Assembly: GCA_032718475.1 (NCBI GenBank)
Contig: JAUCBJ010004192.1
Location: 1 to 63,172 of the forward strand
Reading direction: 5' to 3'
Length of the DNA stretch: 63,172 nucleotides
Source: Nemertoderma westbladi
Lineage: Eukaryota; Animalia; Xenacoelomorpha
In this document: in pieces, positions 38,016-51,125 of the stretch
Layout: each line of letters starts with the position of its first letter
Numbering within the stretch: the stretch's first letter is position 1
Notes under the pieces: model-generated
Database searches by the model: none
What the model saw: only the letters and a program-made list of their open reading frames with translations
Told to the model about the DNA's origin: nothing
Translations under genes and position numbers: made by a program

Positions 38016-39786
38016 GTGAGTTTATCTATTATCAATTAATCAAATTAATTACATCATATTTCAGGCTGGATCGAGTGGAAATATGAAGCAATAGATTAAA
38101 AATACATTGAATTGCAATTATTTAATTTTCAAGTCGGCGTGAAATACGCCGTGAAATAAGTAAACTCAATGATGGGCTATGGGGTGCTATATATCACAGC
38201 GTGAAATATAGTATCGGTATTCTTTCAGTATGATCGTACTTGATTCTACCGTCACACAGAGGTAGGCCAGGTCAGGTATTCTAGGTCATTTATCAAGAAA
38301 ACTTGCAGCGTAAAGGAGTTGTCACCTGTGGCTGCATAGACCCTCTTACTAAGGGCAAATCTGGTCCTGTAAATAGGACCTCGTTATATATATTGCCGCA
38401 TTCGTGACATCTTTCCTCTTTACTGTTGCAACAATAAAGCGGTCTGGCAAATGCGGACAGGTAACTGAAGTGCGTGCATGAAGAGTTCTTTTGTGGTCAT
38501 ACAAGAATCAGCACAAAGTACTTTTTTCTCCTTCAAATAATTCCATTCCATATATAGAGCCAGCAGTTGCTTGGTTAATTTAATAATTAAACTATGATTT
38601 CTTTAATTTCATTACATAAGGAATACTAGAATACTAGGAGATATATGCAGTTATTTCTAATTCGAGTATATACTATTATAAGGAAAATTACGGTAAAAAA
38701 TTTAAACATTGGGTTATATATTTATTAGATAGATTTTAAAGGATATTTTGAATTTAATAAATCAGACATTTAGGCTTAGGTAGAGTAAAATAACCTGCAA
38801 TAAGCTAAATCATAAAATTTTGATATATCACTGACCGAATCCCGAATGGACAATCTGAATGAACTGAAACAAAAACAAAATATGTAAAAGTAAGCCTTGT
38901 AAAACATTTATTGTATTTAAAAAAAAGTCTTTAAAATTCTTTGTTTTCAAATGTCCATTTAAATTCTCGACTAGACAAAGTGCGTCAAGTGTTTCATTAA
39001 TTCAATAAGTGTTTTAAGTGCTAAGTATCTCGTGAACTGCATAATAAATTTATCATTGAATCACAAGTAATGGTTGAGATTTGTAAAATATAAAACTACG
39101 CAACAACCGCAATAATTATTGAACCATTTATTTGTCCATTGCCACTGTGGTACTACTATAATCGGCCTGCCACAATTCAGCTACACATTGAGATGCTATG
39201 CTTGGTTAACAAAAAATTTTGCTCCGCCACCATGTAATCCATAATTGGCATGCTGCAATGTAGTTTGCATTAAGAATGTTATGAAAGTTATTCGGCGCAA
39301 TTGCACTGCAACAACTCCCTATCCCCCATCACATTTGCGATATTATCCACATTTTCAAAGCCAGCTTAGTAACTAAAATGTTATTTAGTATGTGTACATG
39401 TACATTTTCTCGAAGGTACATACATACCTTTATCTGGTTCTATCAATATATTTTCTTGATACCAAACGCGTACCTTCCTACATCTGTTTTCGATTGACGA
39501 TGCCAATCACATTTTGTTATATGAAACACTTGTGTATTTAATGCTTAAACAGTTAACAGGAAAGTGTTTTCAATGTGCCTCAGATCTAGAAGAGTTAAAT
39601 TCACCAGCTGCCAACAACTGCACCTGATCTGAAATATGCATCCGAAGGAATATTGTAATGAAATAAAATATGTACTATGAAATATTTACTTATGGACTTG
39701 TAGTGAGGCAGCGACTAATATTTAATTAAATAATAGTCATATAACTTCTCTACTATTAACACACTTATTGATATATTTTATTCCAG

Positions 39787-40444
39787 ATCAATGTAGTTAT
39801 AATACATGGTGGAAATTGAATGATGCCAATCAAGGTATTGATGAACTTGGAAATATTAATGGCAGAATAATTGATGATATTAGATACGGCCCAGGGCCAG
39901 GAGGTATTGAATCTCAGTCAATAGGTACTCTTTTTGGTTATATCAAGATTCCCCATGAGCCCCATGAACTAACCTCTAAAACATTCACAATGTTACTATT
40001 TGTGAAGAAAGGTGGAGGATTACATGGGCCTATATATGAATTTGGAACAAGTTCAGCGGTTGGTTCACATTTCTGGAACTACAGAGCAAGCACATCTTTG
40101 TGGTATAATCCCATGGTTGCTGGTGTTGCAGGACAAGAGGTTACTAGTGCTGTTGTTCTAGATGAATGGTATATGGTTGCAATCGCAAGAAGTGAGGTAA
40201 ATAGTCAACAATTCATTTATAGTCGTCATGTTGGTAGTAACTTCCATATCCGAAGGGAGGTTGAAACAAAGAATACTGAACGATGTCCAGTGGATTTGAC
40301 TGGTGAACTTACCTTAGGAAAACGTCTTCGAGGTGGACATGTTTATCCTGGGTATATTGCTCATACTACGGTATTACAGCTGCTACCTGTCAGTAGAAGA
40401 GCTTGATAATACTTATGATGAATTATTACATGGTGTAAAAAAAG
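39787..40444 (+). CDS. Host gene exon: ConA/LamG-like domain 5 (type A'), one apparent +1 frameshift
   Basis: ttccag|...|gttag, 658 nt. Extra base in catactacggtat (about 40368), where paralogs read catactaggtat or catgcacggtat. Confidence 0.8.
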
Positions 40445-41039
40445 GTTAGTTTCATTGATGTTCTATATTCTTATATTCTATATTGCAGTACCCGAGTCTG
40501 GGAACAGTAACGGAAAAATGTGCAGAGAAATGCAAGTATAATAGGAATGGTACCATTTTGTCTGAAAATAAAAAAAACTGCCATTCAATTTAGGTTGCGC
40601 AAAAAATGAATATTTTGTCAAACCATTTAAAAATCTATGAGTTTCCCTATATATCTTAATTATAGTTATAGTTAATTTTCAACATCAATAATGAGAACAC
40701 TATCACGAAAAGCAAAGAAATAAGATGTTGTATAAGTTATGCATTGTATTTCTATCATCTCGGTATTCTGTTTTCATCGAACATCTGTTAGATTTTATAT
40801 CCAATCAGATCATATGAAACTGGTTGAAGGACTGAAACTGATGGAATAATCTCCTCGTATTTGGAACACGGAAAATATCTGTGTCCCATATTACTGCATA
40901 ATAATAATAGTTTACCCAATGCAAACTGTGACATTTTATAATATTTTATTAAATAATAGTTTATTAAGATATTGTGTTGTGGCCCGCTAGTCTTCTTAAT
41001 AAATGAACATGTAGGTTGTAAGTCAGTTATACATTTCAG

Positions 41040-41697
41040 ATATATGCAATTATGACTCATGGTGGACACTAAATGAAATCGACCTTGGTGATGATAAACT
41101 TGGAAATAATAATGGAAGAATAAATGGAAATGTTAGATATGTGCCCGGTCCAGGAGGAATTGAAAACCAGGGTATGGATGTTAGACATGGATATGTATTG
41201 ATTGATCATGGGTCGGGCGAGTTGACATCAGAGACTTTTACAATGGTTATGTTTGTAAAAAGGGGTGGTGGAGGACATGGACCGATTTATGAATTTGGAA
41301 CAAGGTCAGCGGTTGGTTCTCATTTCTGGAGCTCACAGATGCAAGCACCTCTTTGTGGTATAATCCCATGGTTAGCTGGTGTTGCAGGACAACAGGTTAC
41401 TAGTGCTGTTGTTCTAGATGAATGGCATATGGTTGCTGTCGCAAGAAGTCAGGTACAATCGGCAGCAGTTCATTTACAGTCGGCGTGTTGGTAGTAACTT
41501 CCATATCCGAAGGGAGGTTGAAACAAAGAATACTGAACGATGTCCAGTGGATTTGACTGGTGAACTTACCTTAGGAAAACGTCTTCGAGGTGGACATGTT
41601 TATCCTGGGTATATTGCTCATACTAGGTATTACAGCTGCTACTTATCTTTAGATGAGTTAGAATCAAGTTATGAGGAACTTCATTCATCAACAAAAA
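41040..41697 (+). CDS. Host gene exon: ConA/LamG-like domain 6 (type B'), four extra bases
   Basis: tttcag|...|gtaag, 658 nt against 654 for B. Insertions at about 41332-41340 (+2), 41374 (+1) and 41453 (+1). Confidence 0.75.
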
Positions 41698-42974
41698 GTA
41701 AGTTTATAGAATATTGTATTATTTCACCTAATAATGTCAAAATATCACTTCCAAAGCATCACAAATAATAAAATATGGAAGAAGGTTAAAACAGTCAGAC
41801 ATCCTTGTAAAATTTAACCTATAGTTTAGTAGGTACTTTTAGATCGCTGCAAAGAATCAACTCTAAAGAATTAAAATGGGCCTAAATAATTAAAAAAGTA
41901 TTATAAGCCCTAAACAACGAAATGGGAGAAGGATTTCATTTTCGCCCCCTAACGGTAGACCTGAGAACTGCAGACTGGTAGGTATCCTTCCTATATCTGC
42001 AACCTAATGGTGTACCGGTAGTAAACATCTGCTAAGTATTAGCTTAAAAGCATTATAAATAACGAAATGGGAGAATCTTTTTAACTTTCAGACATTTTGC
42101 CCCCTAATGGCAGACTGGGGAACTGCAGACTGGTAAGCGTCATCGCCAAACACACAGCCTATGGTCAGGTGAATATCTGCAAAGTGTCAGTTAGAACAGA
42201 TTGAGTCTGATGGTGCAACTGTTACAAGTTCCCACCAGCTAACATAGTTTGGCCGAACCCGGGACCCCCCAGGTTTTAGACAGTCCCGATTCTAAGGTCC
42301 CTGGCTACTCTGTCCATAATAGCCTCTGGGCTCGAAAAATAAACATAAACCGAAAATCGCCATTCAATTGCTAATTCAAATGTCAAAAATTCAAATTTCT
42401 AATTTTAAATGCAATTCAATGGATTTGCCCAAACTGCTAACTAGTTTAGTTGCTTGCTACTAAATTATACATACTAAATATTAAATATTATACAAACTAA
42501 ATTATACATACTATATTACTATAATATATATATATAAATACTATATTACTTACTAAGTTTTACTGTGTTAATACGGCAAACAAGCACAGTAAGCAATCAT
42601 AAACTGTGCGTTTGTAATGTATTTCCCCGTCAGCTGATAGCTCTCCTCAGTGAATCCTATGGGAATATCTAAACAATAAATAAAATAATAATAATAATTG
42701 TGGCGGAGTATTTAATTTTAATTAATGGGACATTGACCCCTTTACGCAATGACATAGCATACATACTACACAATATTATACTATTATATACAATACATAG
42801 ACGTACACCCAGGACTGACAAGGAGTAGCCATATAATGATAGTATGAATTAACGGCCTACAGTATTATTTACATTTATTACAGTATATACTACAACATCG
42901 AAACATTATATATGATGATATTTTAAATAACTAAATGTACAAACAATGTGGGGTGAGTAAAGTAATTGAACGCA

Positions 42975-44442
42975 CTTTATTTTGTTATAGTAATAGTTTT
43001 TACTTCCCCTTTCCCTTTTACCACTCTCTTAACCACCCCAGATCCTGGTCCCATCACCGAAACCGAGACCTCGCCAAGACCTCCGACCCCCACGGAGGCA
43101 GAGCGAACATGACCGAAGTAGTGCAAACTGCATGCAGTCTCCGCCGGATGGCACCCAAGACACAGGCGTATCCGCGGTTTCGCATAGACTCTCGCCTTGC
43201 AACCAGTTCTTTTGTGAGGTGTGTGATGAGGATTTTGGCCTCGGCACACCAGACACCATCTGTGGTTCCCACCAGTGGTGTGAAGGCCATCCGTCGATCT
43301 TCACACACTGGCTGGTAGTGTGCCTTCTTTTGGCGCGCCCTCTGCTCGAGGAGGGATTCTGTCGACCATTTGGTTTGAATGTAGGAGGTAGCGTCAGGGT
43401 TAATAACCACAATGTCGAACGACGCTATCTGCTGATTGGACCAAACCCCCCGACCGACCAGGTCTGCACGGACCCCACCCACCACTCGACCCTCCGCGTC
43501 CAGATGACCGCGAGAGAGAGTAACCTCACGCTCCACACTGGATGCACCAAAGGCTGAAGCCAATAGTTCACCATAGACCTCCATCAGCTCGTCATGGCGC
43601 TTGATGATGAGGCCTCCTGACTTGCAGCTGAGGGCATGCGTAGTAGTGAAGTGGCCACCGCAGCCCTCGCATTTGGTGGGGAGACCTGGTGGAACCAAAC
43701 CATAGCGAAGGGCGAGACTATCTCGGAACTCGTCGGGGCTTAAGTCTGTGTGGTCCACGGCCGATGGTTGGGCTGTGAGCCAGCCACCAGTGATATTCGC
43801 AATGGCCCGTTCTACAGTTCGACGGCGACTGGGTGGGAGGGAGGCCACTGAATCCTCCATTTTGGACTTGTAGTCCGCGTCCTGGGCACTGCGGCTCGCC
43901 TTTAGGGTGTTTCCCAACTTGGCATTGTGGTCTGCCACGAGAAGGGGTTCACCCGAACAGATTGACTTGATGACTACCGATGTCCCGTTTGTGGAGGTAG
44001 CCCGTGCGGATGTCTTACGAGTGAGTGGGTCCCTCAGTCCTATCCCTCCATGGCGTGTGGGAAGGAGGACGATTCCTCATCAACCGTATCCAGAGGGAAG
44101 CCAAACAGTGCTGGGATGAATTTCTTGGCCAGTGCTGTGCGGATCGGGGCGATAACAACATCCTCGGTTGGTGACACCCAGAGGAGGTAGTCCCACTCTG
44201 CCTGTATGCAGCGTGAGACGCCTGTGTGGGCAGCCTGGGGATATTCTTTGGCAATTTCGGCGATGGTTTCGATGCTGCTGACCCAGCCGGCCACCTTCTC
44301 AGCTAAGAATTTGGCGCGAGCAACCTCCGAACCAATGTATCCGCCAAGGAAGCGGTGCCCAGACACGATCTGGACTCCGTGTGGACCAAACAACGCTTGG
44401 GTCTGATTCTCGAGCCCCGGCTTGACTATGAGAAAGTAGGTC
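42975..44442 (-). mobile_element. 5'-truncated CRE-clade non-LTR retrotransposon (RT C-terminus, zinc knuckle, restriction-like endonuclease)
   Basis: GHRFLGGYIG; WLTAQP...EFRDSLALRYG; CEGC-x7-H-x3-C; RHDE...RAD...FDIVV...KKAHY...FTPLV. Confidence 0.88.
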
Positions 44443-44484
44443 TTATTCTGGCTTCAGGATGTGATTGATACATTGTTCTTTTAG

Positions 44485-45147
44485 GTAAATGTGCTTATGA
44501 TTCATGGTGGACAATGGATGATGCAGATGGCAATAATGATTTTCATGGAAGTAATAATGGAGAGATACATGGTAATGTGAAATATGGTCCAGGGCCAGGA
44601 GGTGTTGAAAACAAGGCAATGTATGTTCAAAATGGGTGGGTACAGATACCACATTTTGAAGCATTAACATCGAAGACATTCACAATGGTTATGTTTGTGA
44701 AGAGGGGAGGTGGGACACATGGACCGATATATGAGATAGGAACCAGTTCAGCTAGGGGTTCACATTTCTGGAGTCACAGGGCAATCACATCATTGTGGTA
44801 TAATCCTATGGTTAATGGTGTAGCACCACAACAAGTTACCAATGCTATTGTTATAGATGAATGGCATATGGTTGCCATTGGAAGAAGTGAGGTAAATAGT
44901 CAACAATTCATTTACAGTCGGCGAGTCGGTAGTAATGATGATATCAGGGCTCGAAGAGAAGTCGATACAGAGAACACAGCCAAATGCCCAGTGGATATGA
45001 CAGGCGATCTTACCTTGGGAAAACGTCTTCATGGTGGACATGCATACCCCGGGTATATTGCTCATGCTCGATACTATAGCTGCTACTTATCAATAGAAGA
45101 ATTGGATGAAACTTATGGAGCACTAATGCAACATGCATCACAATCTG
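44485..45147 (+). CDS. Host gene exon: ConA/LamG-like domain 7 (type C')
   Basis: ttttag|...|gttag, 663 nt. Near-identical to 36100-36762. Confidence 0.88.
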
Positions 45148-45723
45148 GTTAGTTTTATAAATCAACACCAATATAATAATTTCTGGTACTGAATGGATGT
45201 GACTTTACTTTTTTGAATTACTTAATTTAAAATTTGAATGACGCAAAAACAATATTTATTTCAACATTTCAAAAAGCCTTTCTGGTTCCTTATCAAGCAA
45301 GTTGTAACGGTAACGAAATTTATACAAGAAACGAAATACGTTCTGCAACAAAGTATTTCGTTTCTTGGTAAAATGTCTGGTAATTTTACTATACTTTTTT
45401 TTACCATTTTTTCGAAAAATTAACTTCAGGAGCTCGCAGATACGCTGAGCAATCTCAAGATAAACAAGGTTATAAAATAAAAAAAAATAAAAATAAAGAT
45501 AAACATTTAGTATAATTATTTAGGTGTTCGAACGGCTCTTCCTGGAAATTGGATGTTATTCTTGCTAGGTTTATTTAATATTGTGCTTCAGTTTAATCTG
45601 TTCCCAGCCAATTGGGGTTTATTAAACAAGTTACTATATTTAAGTCCGGTGAAATCGGTCACTCTATGTATTAACTATTATCTATTTAGGATACATTGGC
45701 CAAAGTGTATGTTATGTTGTTAA

Positions 45724-46988
45724 CCCTATTACCACTGGGGTTTTTTGACCATTAGCACCACTGGGGGGGGGGGGGGGGGGGGGATTCGGCCCACCCACTA
45801 TATTTTTGTAGTCGTCCAATGAAATCCTACAAAATTTGGGCTGTTGGTGAAACAACTATAGTTGAACACTACCAAACCTTAAAAAGTTAAAATTTCATAA
45901 GCAGGGACTCATAATTTTGATGAAAATCAGATGACAGTCCCAGGACAAAATTACAAAATTTTTCGTTTTCTAAAAACTAACAGTGTGGCAGTGTTGGCTA
46001 GATTTAGTAGGTTTTTCAAGACGCTGAATCGAATGTGATTATATTCCACTTCCAAAAATTGAAGTGGATGCTATTTTTCGTGCACCTAAGAAGTGGGCGT
46101 GGCACTTCAAATTTTGAAAAATTAGATATTCAGAAAATGCCCCTAATTTTTTATTTCAACGCATCTTTATAGGTTTTCTGGGCCGCTGAATCGATTGAAA
46201 GTAATATAGAAGCCTGAAGACTGAGTGGTTCGCCATTTTTGGTGCACCAAAATTAGGGCGTGGCACTTCAAATTTTGAAAAAAACGAGATTCGGAAAATA
46301 AACCAAAATATAAATTTTAACGAATTTATATAGGTTTTCCAGACCGCTGAATCGATTGAAAGTAATATAGAAGCCTGAAGACTTAGAAGTTAGCCATTTT
46401 TTGAAATCAAAACTTTAGTGTTTTTTCCGAATAAAGTAATTTTGAAAATTTGAAGTGCCACGCCCTAATTTTGGTGCACCGAAAACTACGTACACAAAGG
46501 ATTTGAGGCTTCTATATTACTTTCAATCGATTCAGCGCTCCAGAAAACCTATAAAATTAATTTGAAATCAAAACTTTAATGAATTTTTCGAATCTCGTAT
46601 TTTTCAAAATTTGAAGTGCCACGCCATAAATTTGGTGCTCCAAAAATGACGTACCACTACACTTACATACTTGTATAGAGCATTAGAGTGATCCAAACCA
46701 ATAAAAATAAATAAAAATAGCCCAAACATAAATAATTACTAAATCACGAATGACTTTGTAAAATTCGAAAATTTCAAAAAATTTGGTGCTGGAGACCAAA
46801 TTTTGAAGTGGCACCCACATCGAAAGTAGAAATCCAATTGCAACGGCGTTTTTTTGCAAAAGATGCAGCATTAAATTTGGCTAATTCTCACAAAAAATTG
46901 GGCCGATACGTAATGTGGTTGCATAGTTACAGCAACTAAAAACTAGGAAGGGGCCGATTCGCCCCCCCCCCCCCCAGTGGTAATAGGG
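45724..46988. mobile_element. TTAA-flanked piggyBac-like MITE
   Basis: TTAA|ccctattaccactgggg...ccccagtggtaataggg|TTAA perfect TIR. Internal repeats of about 150 bp in both orientations. Confidence 0.85.
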
Positions 46989-47101
46989 TTAAATGCCAGA
47001 CTGTTGGTATGGTGCGCATTTGATAAATGTCAGGCAGAAGGGTCGCTCATGTGTTGAACAAATTTAGCACTCATATATATAGCATACTCATACATATACC
47101 C

Positions 47102-49575
47102 CATCATAATGATGATGGGGTGATGATAAATCCACCTTCTGGTTCCAGAAGTCGAGGAAATCCTGCCAAGTACCTAACTGATCTAGACTTTGCCGATGAC
47201 TTAGGAGTACTCTCAGAATCACTAGAGGGAGCCCAACGGCTCCTCAGCTCATTAGAACATGCTGCTTCTAGTGTTGGTCTTTTTATAAACTCCAGAAAGA
47301 CCTAAATTTTGACAGTTAACTTTGAAAGTTCTCAGCAAGTCTCTGATCGGATGAGCATAAGCTCAAAGGATGGTATGCTTCAGCATGTGGACGACTTCTG
47401 TTACCGGGAATCATGGATCCGGAAGTCAGGTGAGGACCTTCGAATACGTAAGGGAAAGGCATGGGCAGCCTTGAATAGGCTTTCCAGGACTTGGAAGTCA
47501 CCGAGAATTAATCGGAAACTTAACCCTATTAAAACCGGGGGGGGGTCAATATGACCCCTCCCATGGTTTTTTTATTATAATTCTGAAACAAACGCAGTTG
47601 GGAATCTGAAATTTTATGACTTTTCCTAAAAATCTATTGTCTTCCTAGTAGTGAAAACCGTTTTCAAAAATATTGGGTACTTTTCGAGTTATAGCACCAT
47701 TTTTTAACCCTACTTTTGGCACTTTTTTTGAGACGTTTTTTGAAAATTACATTTCATTAAATATGAATTGTAACATCTCTATTTTTGATTTACACCGGTT
47801 TTTTGGTGTTAGAAATTTGATGGAATTCATATCAATTGATTTAGAAATTTTAAACTTGTATTTTTCGGCGGGTACCAAATTTTGGTGCCAGCACCAAATT
47901 TTGAAATAAGTCAATTTTGTAAATTGAACGTTTGAAACTTGTTTTTTACGCAATTGGGGTTTTTTGGGTTTCTGGATTTGATGAAATATATACGAGTTGC
48001 ACCAAGCGTATCAAACTTGTATTTTTCGGTGCTGTGTGCAAATTTTGGTGCTAGCACGAAATTTTGAACATCCATTCAATAGATAAAATTGCTTGTGACA
48101 ATTTATTTCTTGCGTTTTAGAGGTTTATGGCTGTTCTGAATTCAATGGAAAATATAATTATCGAACTAGACATCTCAAACTTGTATTTTTCGGATGTGGG
48201 TGCAAAATGTGGTGCTAGCACCAAATTTTGAAAACCATCAAATATATCAATTGATTGTGTCACCTTGTTTCTTGCGTTATACGGGTTTGTGATGGTTCTG
48301 AATTCAATGGAATCAGTAAAAATTTCATAAGAGTTCTCAAACTTGTATTTTTCGCCGGTGGGTGAAAATTGTTGTGCCAGCACCAAATTTTGGAAAATAT
48401 GCAAATTGATAAGTATATAGTATCACCTTGTTTCTTGCGTTATACGGGTTTATGAGGGTCCTCAATCCGATGGAATCAATAAAAACAGCACTGGACATCG
48501 CAAACTTGTACTTTTTGGTGATGGGTACGAAATTTGGTGCTAGCACCAAAATTTGCCAAATTACGCCGAAAAATACAAGTAGCAATGATCTGGCACATTA
48601 GAAATGTATTCCATTAGAATCAGCGCCCTCGAAAACCTGAAAATGTGAATTTATAGCATCGTATAAGTGAATTAAAAATTTTGTGTTCTAACTGAAAAGT
48701 GCTGGTTACTTGTTTTTTTCATTTTTTTCCTACGCAGAGAGGACTAAACAGCCATTTATAGTAATCATATCATTTTTTAATATTTTCTGATGTATTTTGC
48801 ACCCCAGAAAACCTGTATTGAAAAATAATTAACCGAAACTGTAACTTTCAAATTTGGTGAAAATTGTGCACTACTTGTAATTTTGGTGCTGCAATATAAC
48901 CACCCCAGTACATTTTTTCGAAAATTTTTTTTTCGGTCGGATCCAGACAAGTGATACCTACGTACAAACAAAAAATCAGACGTTTTCGTAAATATTTGTA
49001 GATTTTAGAGGGGGGGGGGGGTCAATATGACCCCCCCCCCCCCCCGGTATTTGTACAACATTTTATAGCCCGGTACTAATAGGGTTAAGGTCCGATTATT
49101 TAGAGCAGCAGTAGTTCCAGTACTCCTCTATGGTAGTCCATGCTGGGCACTAACTGCTGAGGACACCAAATCTCTGGATGGCACATTCACAAGAATGCTA
49201 CGCCGGGTTCATTGTGTCAAGTACAATGCACACATCTCCAACCAGACATTATTTAACATTGGAGGTGTCTCATTGGTTCCCCCAAGCTTGACACTAGAAC
49301 AAAATCGCCTCCGCTTTGCAGGACATTGCTTTCGCCGAGAGGATCAGCCAGTGCATAATCTTGTACTTTGGCAGCCTCATGGAGTGAATAAGCATGGTGG
49401 ACAGCCCATGACTTTCTTGAGACTCATCTTAAAGGACACTGGCCTTGAAGATGCGGATGATCTAGCAAATGTCATGGGTGATAGGGAGTTGTGGCGGCGC
49501 AATTTTGTCGACAAGCCGGCACAGCATTCTTAAAAATGCAGCTGCAATGCAGCATGCCGATACTAGTAGTAGTAG
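47102..49575 (+). mobile_element. 5'-truncated RTE-like LINE, split by a MITE
   Basis: LTDLDFADDL, VLLYG and RFAGHCFR motifs. Paralog of about 59095-59990. Confidence 0.88.
47524..49084. mobile_element. TTAA-flanked piggyBac-like MITE inserted in the RTE copy
   Basis: TTAA|ccctatta..accggg...cccggtactaataggg|TTAA. The paralogous RTE at 59505-59525 shows the empty site cggaaacTTAAggtccg. Confidence 0.92.
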
Positions 49576-49789
49576 TGGCACTGCGGTTATTAGTTGATCT
49601 GGCTGTGTCCAAAAAGTAAAAACTTGTTGTGTTGTTCGAAGGCCTACGATAATGTATTTATGAATAATTTCGGTTGAGGGTGCGTTATGTTATTGGGTTT
49701 ACATGCAGCATAAAAATGTACCACCAGTATTTTAAAGTCAACAATCTCTATTACCCCATATAGGGGTAATGCAAGGCAAGGCCACACAT

Positions 49790-50780
49790 GTTTATTATTT
49801 TGTGTTTATATGAACCATTTAGTCGCACTAATACGTGGTGCTATTGCTAGTGACGGTTTTCTGGGGGCACTACAAATATTGTTACTGATGGACGATGTAG
49901 TAATTTTATCAGCCAGTAGGAAAACGTGTATTGAAATTTTTGCTATATTTTGTGTAATAAGTGGAATAGTAATTAATGTAAAAATACAACGTTTATCGTT
50001 ATAAATATGGTAATAAGTCAGACAGAGAACAATTAATTGTAAATAACCTTTGTGATACCCCATTTTATTAGATGTGTATTTAGGTAGTATTTTCACCGCG
50101 GACGGGAAAATTCAAGTGTTTTGGATTTGACATGAAAAGCGCCTGGAAGAAGGCGGAAATAAGTTCTCTATTTTTTGTACCGTAAATACGGATATCCCTT
50201 TTCATAAAAAAAAAGGGTCTTTGTAGCGGAAATAGTTACTGCTATGCTATATTACCCTAAGCAAAATAAACCATATAGGTAAGTATGGGGGTCTACACTG
50301 GCTGAATAAAACGCTGACCTAGCCCGGTAGGGCGAAAACCTTCACCAAATTCAGCGTTTTATTCAGCCAGTAGTGTAGACCCCTATACTTACCTATATGC
50401 TATATTTTGCTTACGGTGATTACTTATTACAGTTTAAATGGCTTTATATATCTTTATATCTTAAATAGCTTTATATCTAACTTGAAATTTTTTACAACCG
50501 AATGGTCAGATCGTTGTCGGGTGTCCTTGAGCAGACACCGATAGACCTTTGCTTGATAGAAGCCAGTCTACCATCTTTGAAAGCGCGGGTACTTAAAAAG
50601 AGTGCAGGATTTTATAATGCACCTTTGTGTACAACAACAACCCGGACAATACGTTTATCTAATCGTATAATCTTTGCGAGAGACATGACACACCTGGCTC
50701 TAGATACCTTCCTGACGCTCGGGGTTGGTCCCAGATAACCTTAATTAACCAGGATAATTTAAAACGTGTATTGGATAAAC
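49790..50780 (+). mobile_element. Highly decayed LINE RT fragment
   Basis: DGFLGALQILLLMDDVVILS, YLGSIF and TPIDLCLIEA motifs, similar in layout to the LINE at 26101-26987. Confidence 0.65.
50251..50420. repeat. 170-bp fold-back (long inverted repeat) insertion
   Basis: Arms 50251-50317 and 50351-50420 (taagcaaaata...catataggtaagtat...gtctacact..gctgaataaaacgctga against its reverse complement). Confidence 0.85.
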
Positions 50781-50799
50781 CAGACATCCATTCATATTT

Positions 50800-51125
50800 C
50801 TGTCTGTCGGTCTGTTTGGCTGTCAAACATTAAGAAAGAATACAGGCTAACTAAAATTCTCGCTATAGAGGTTTTTGGGTACGTGATTACATTTCCGATG
50901 TCAGTTTTCAGATTTCACGTAATATAGACTGTCTGTCCGTTTGTCCGTCTTTTTGTCAGACTGTCCGTCAAACATTAAGAAACATACAAACTAACTAAAA
51001 TACTCGCTATGGGGGTTTCTCGGGTTCGTAATTACATTTCTGATGTCAGTTTTCATATTTAACGAAATCTAGACTGTCTGTCCGTCTGTCTGACTGTCCG
51101 TCATTTTGCCAATCTCTCTGTCATT
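50800..51125. repeat. Tandem unit of about 150 bp with (CTGT)n tracts, HINE-like
   Basis: gtcaaacattaagaaa...ctaactaaaa..ctcgctat...ttacatttc.gatgtcagttttca occurs twice. Confidence 0.6.
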
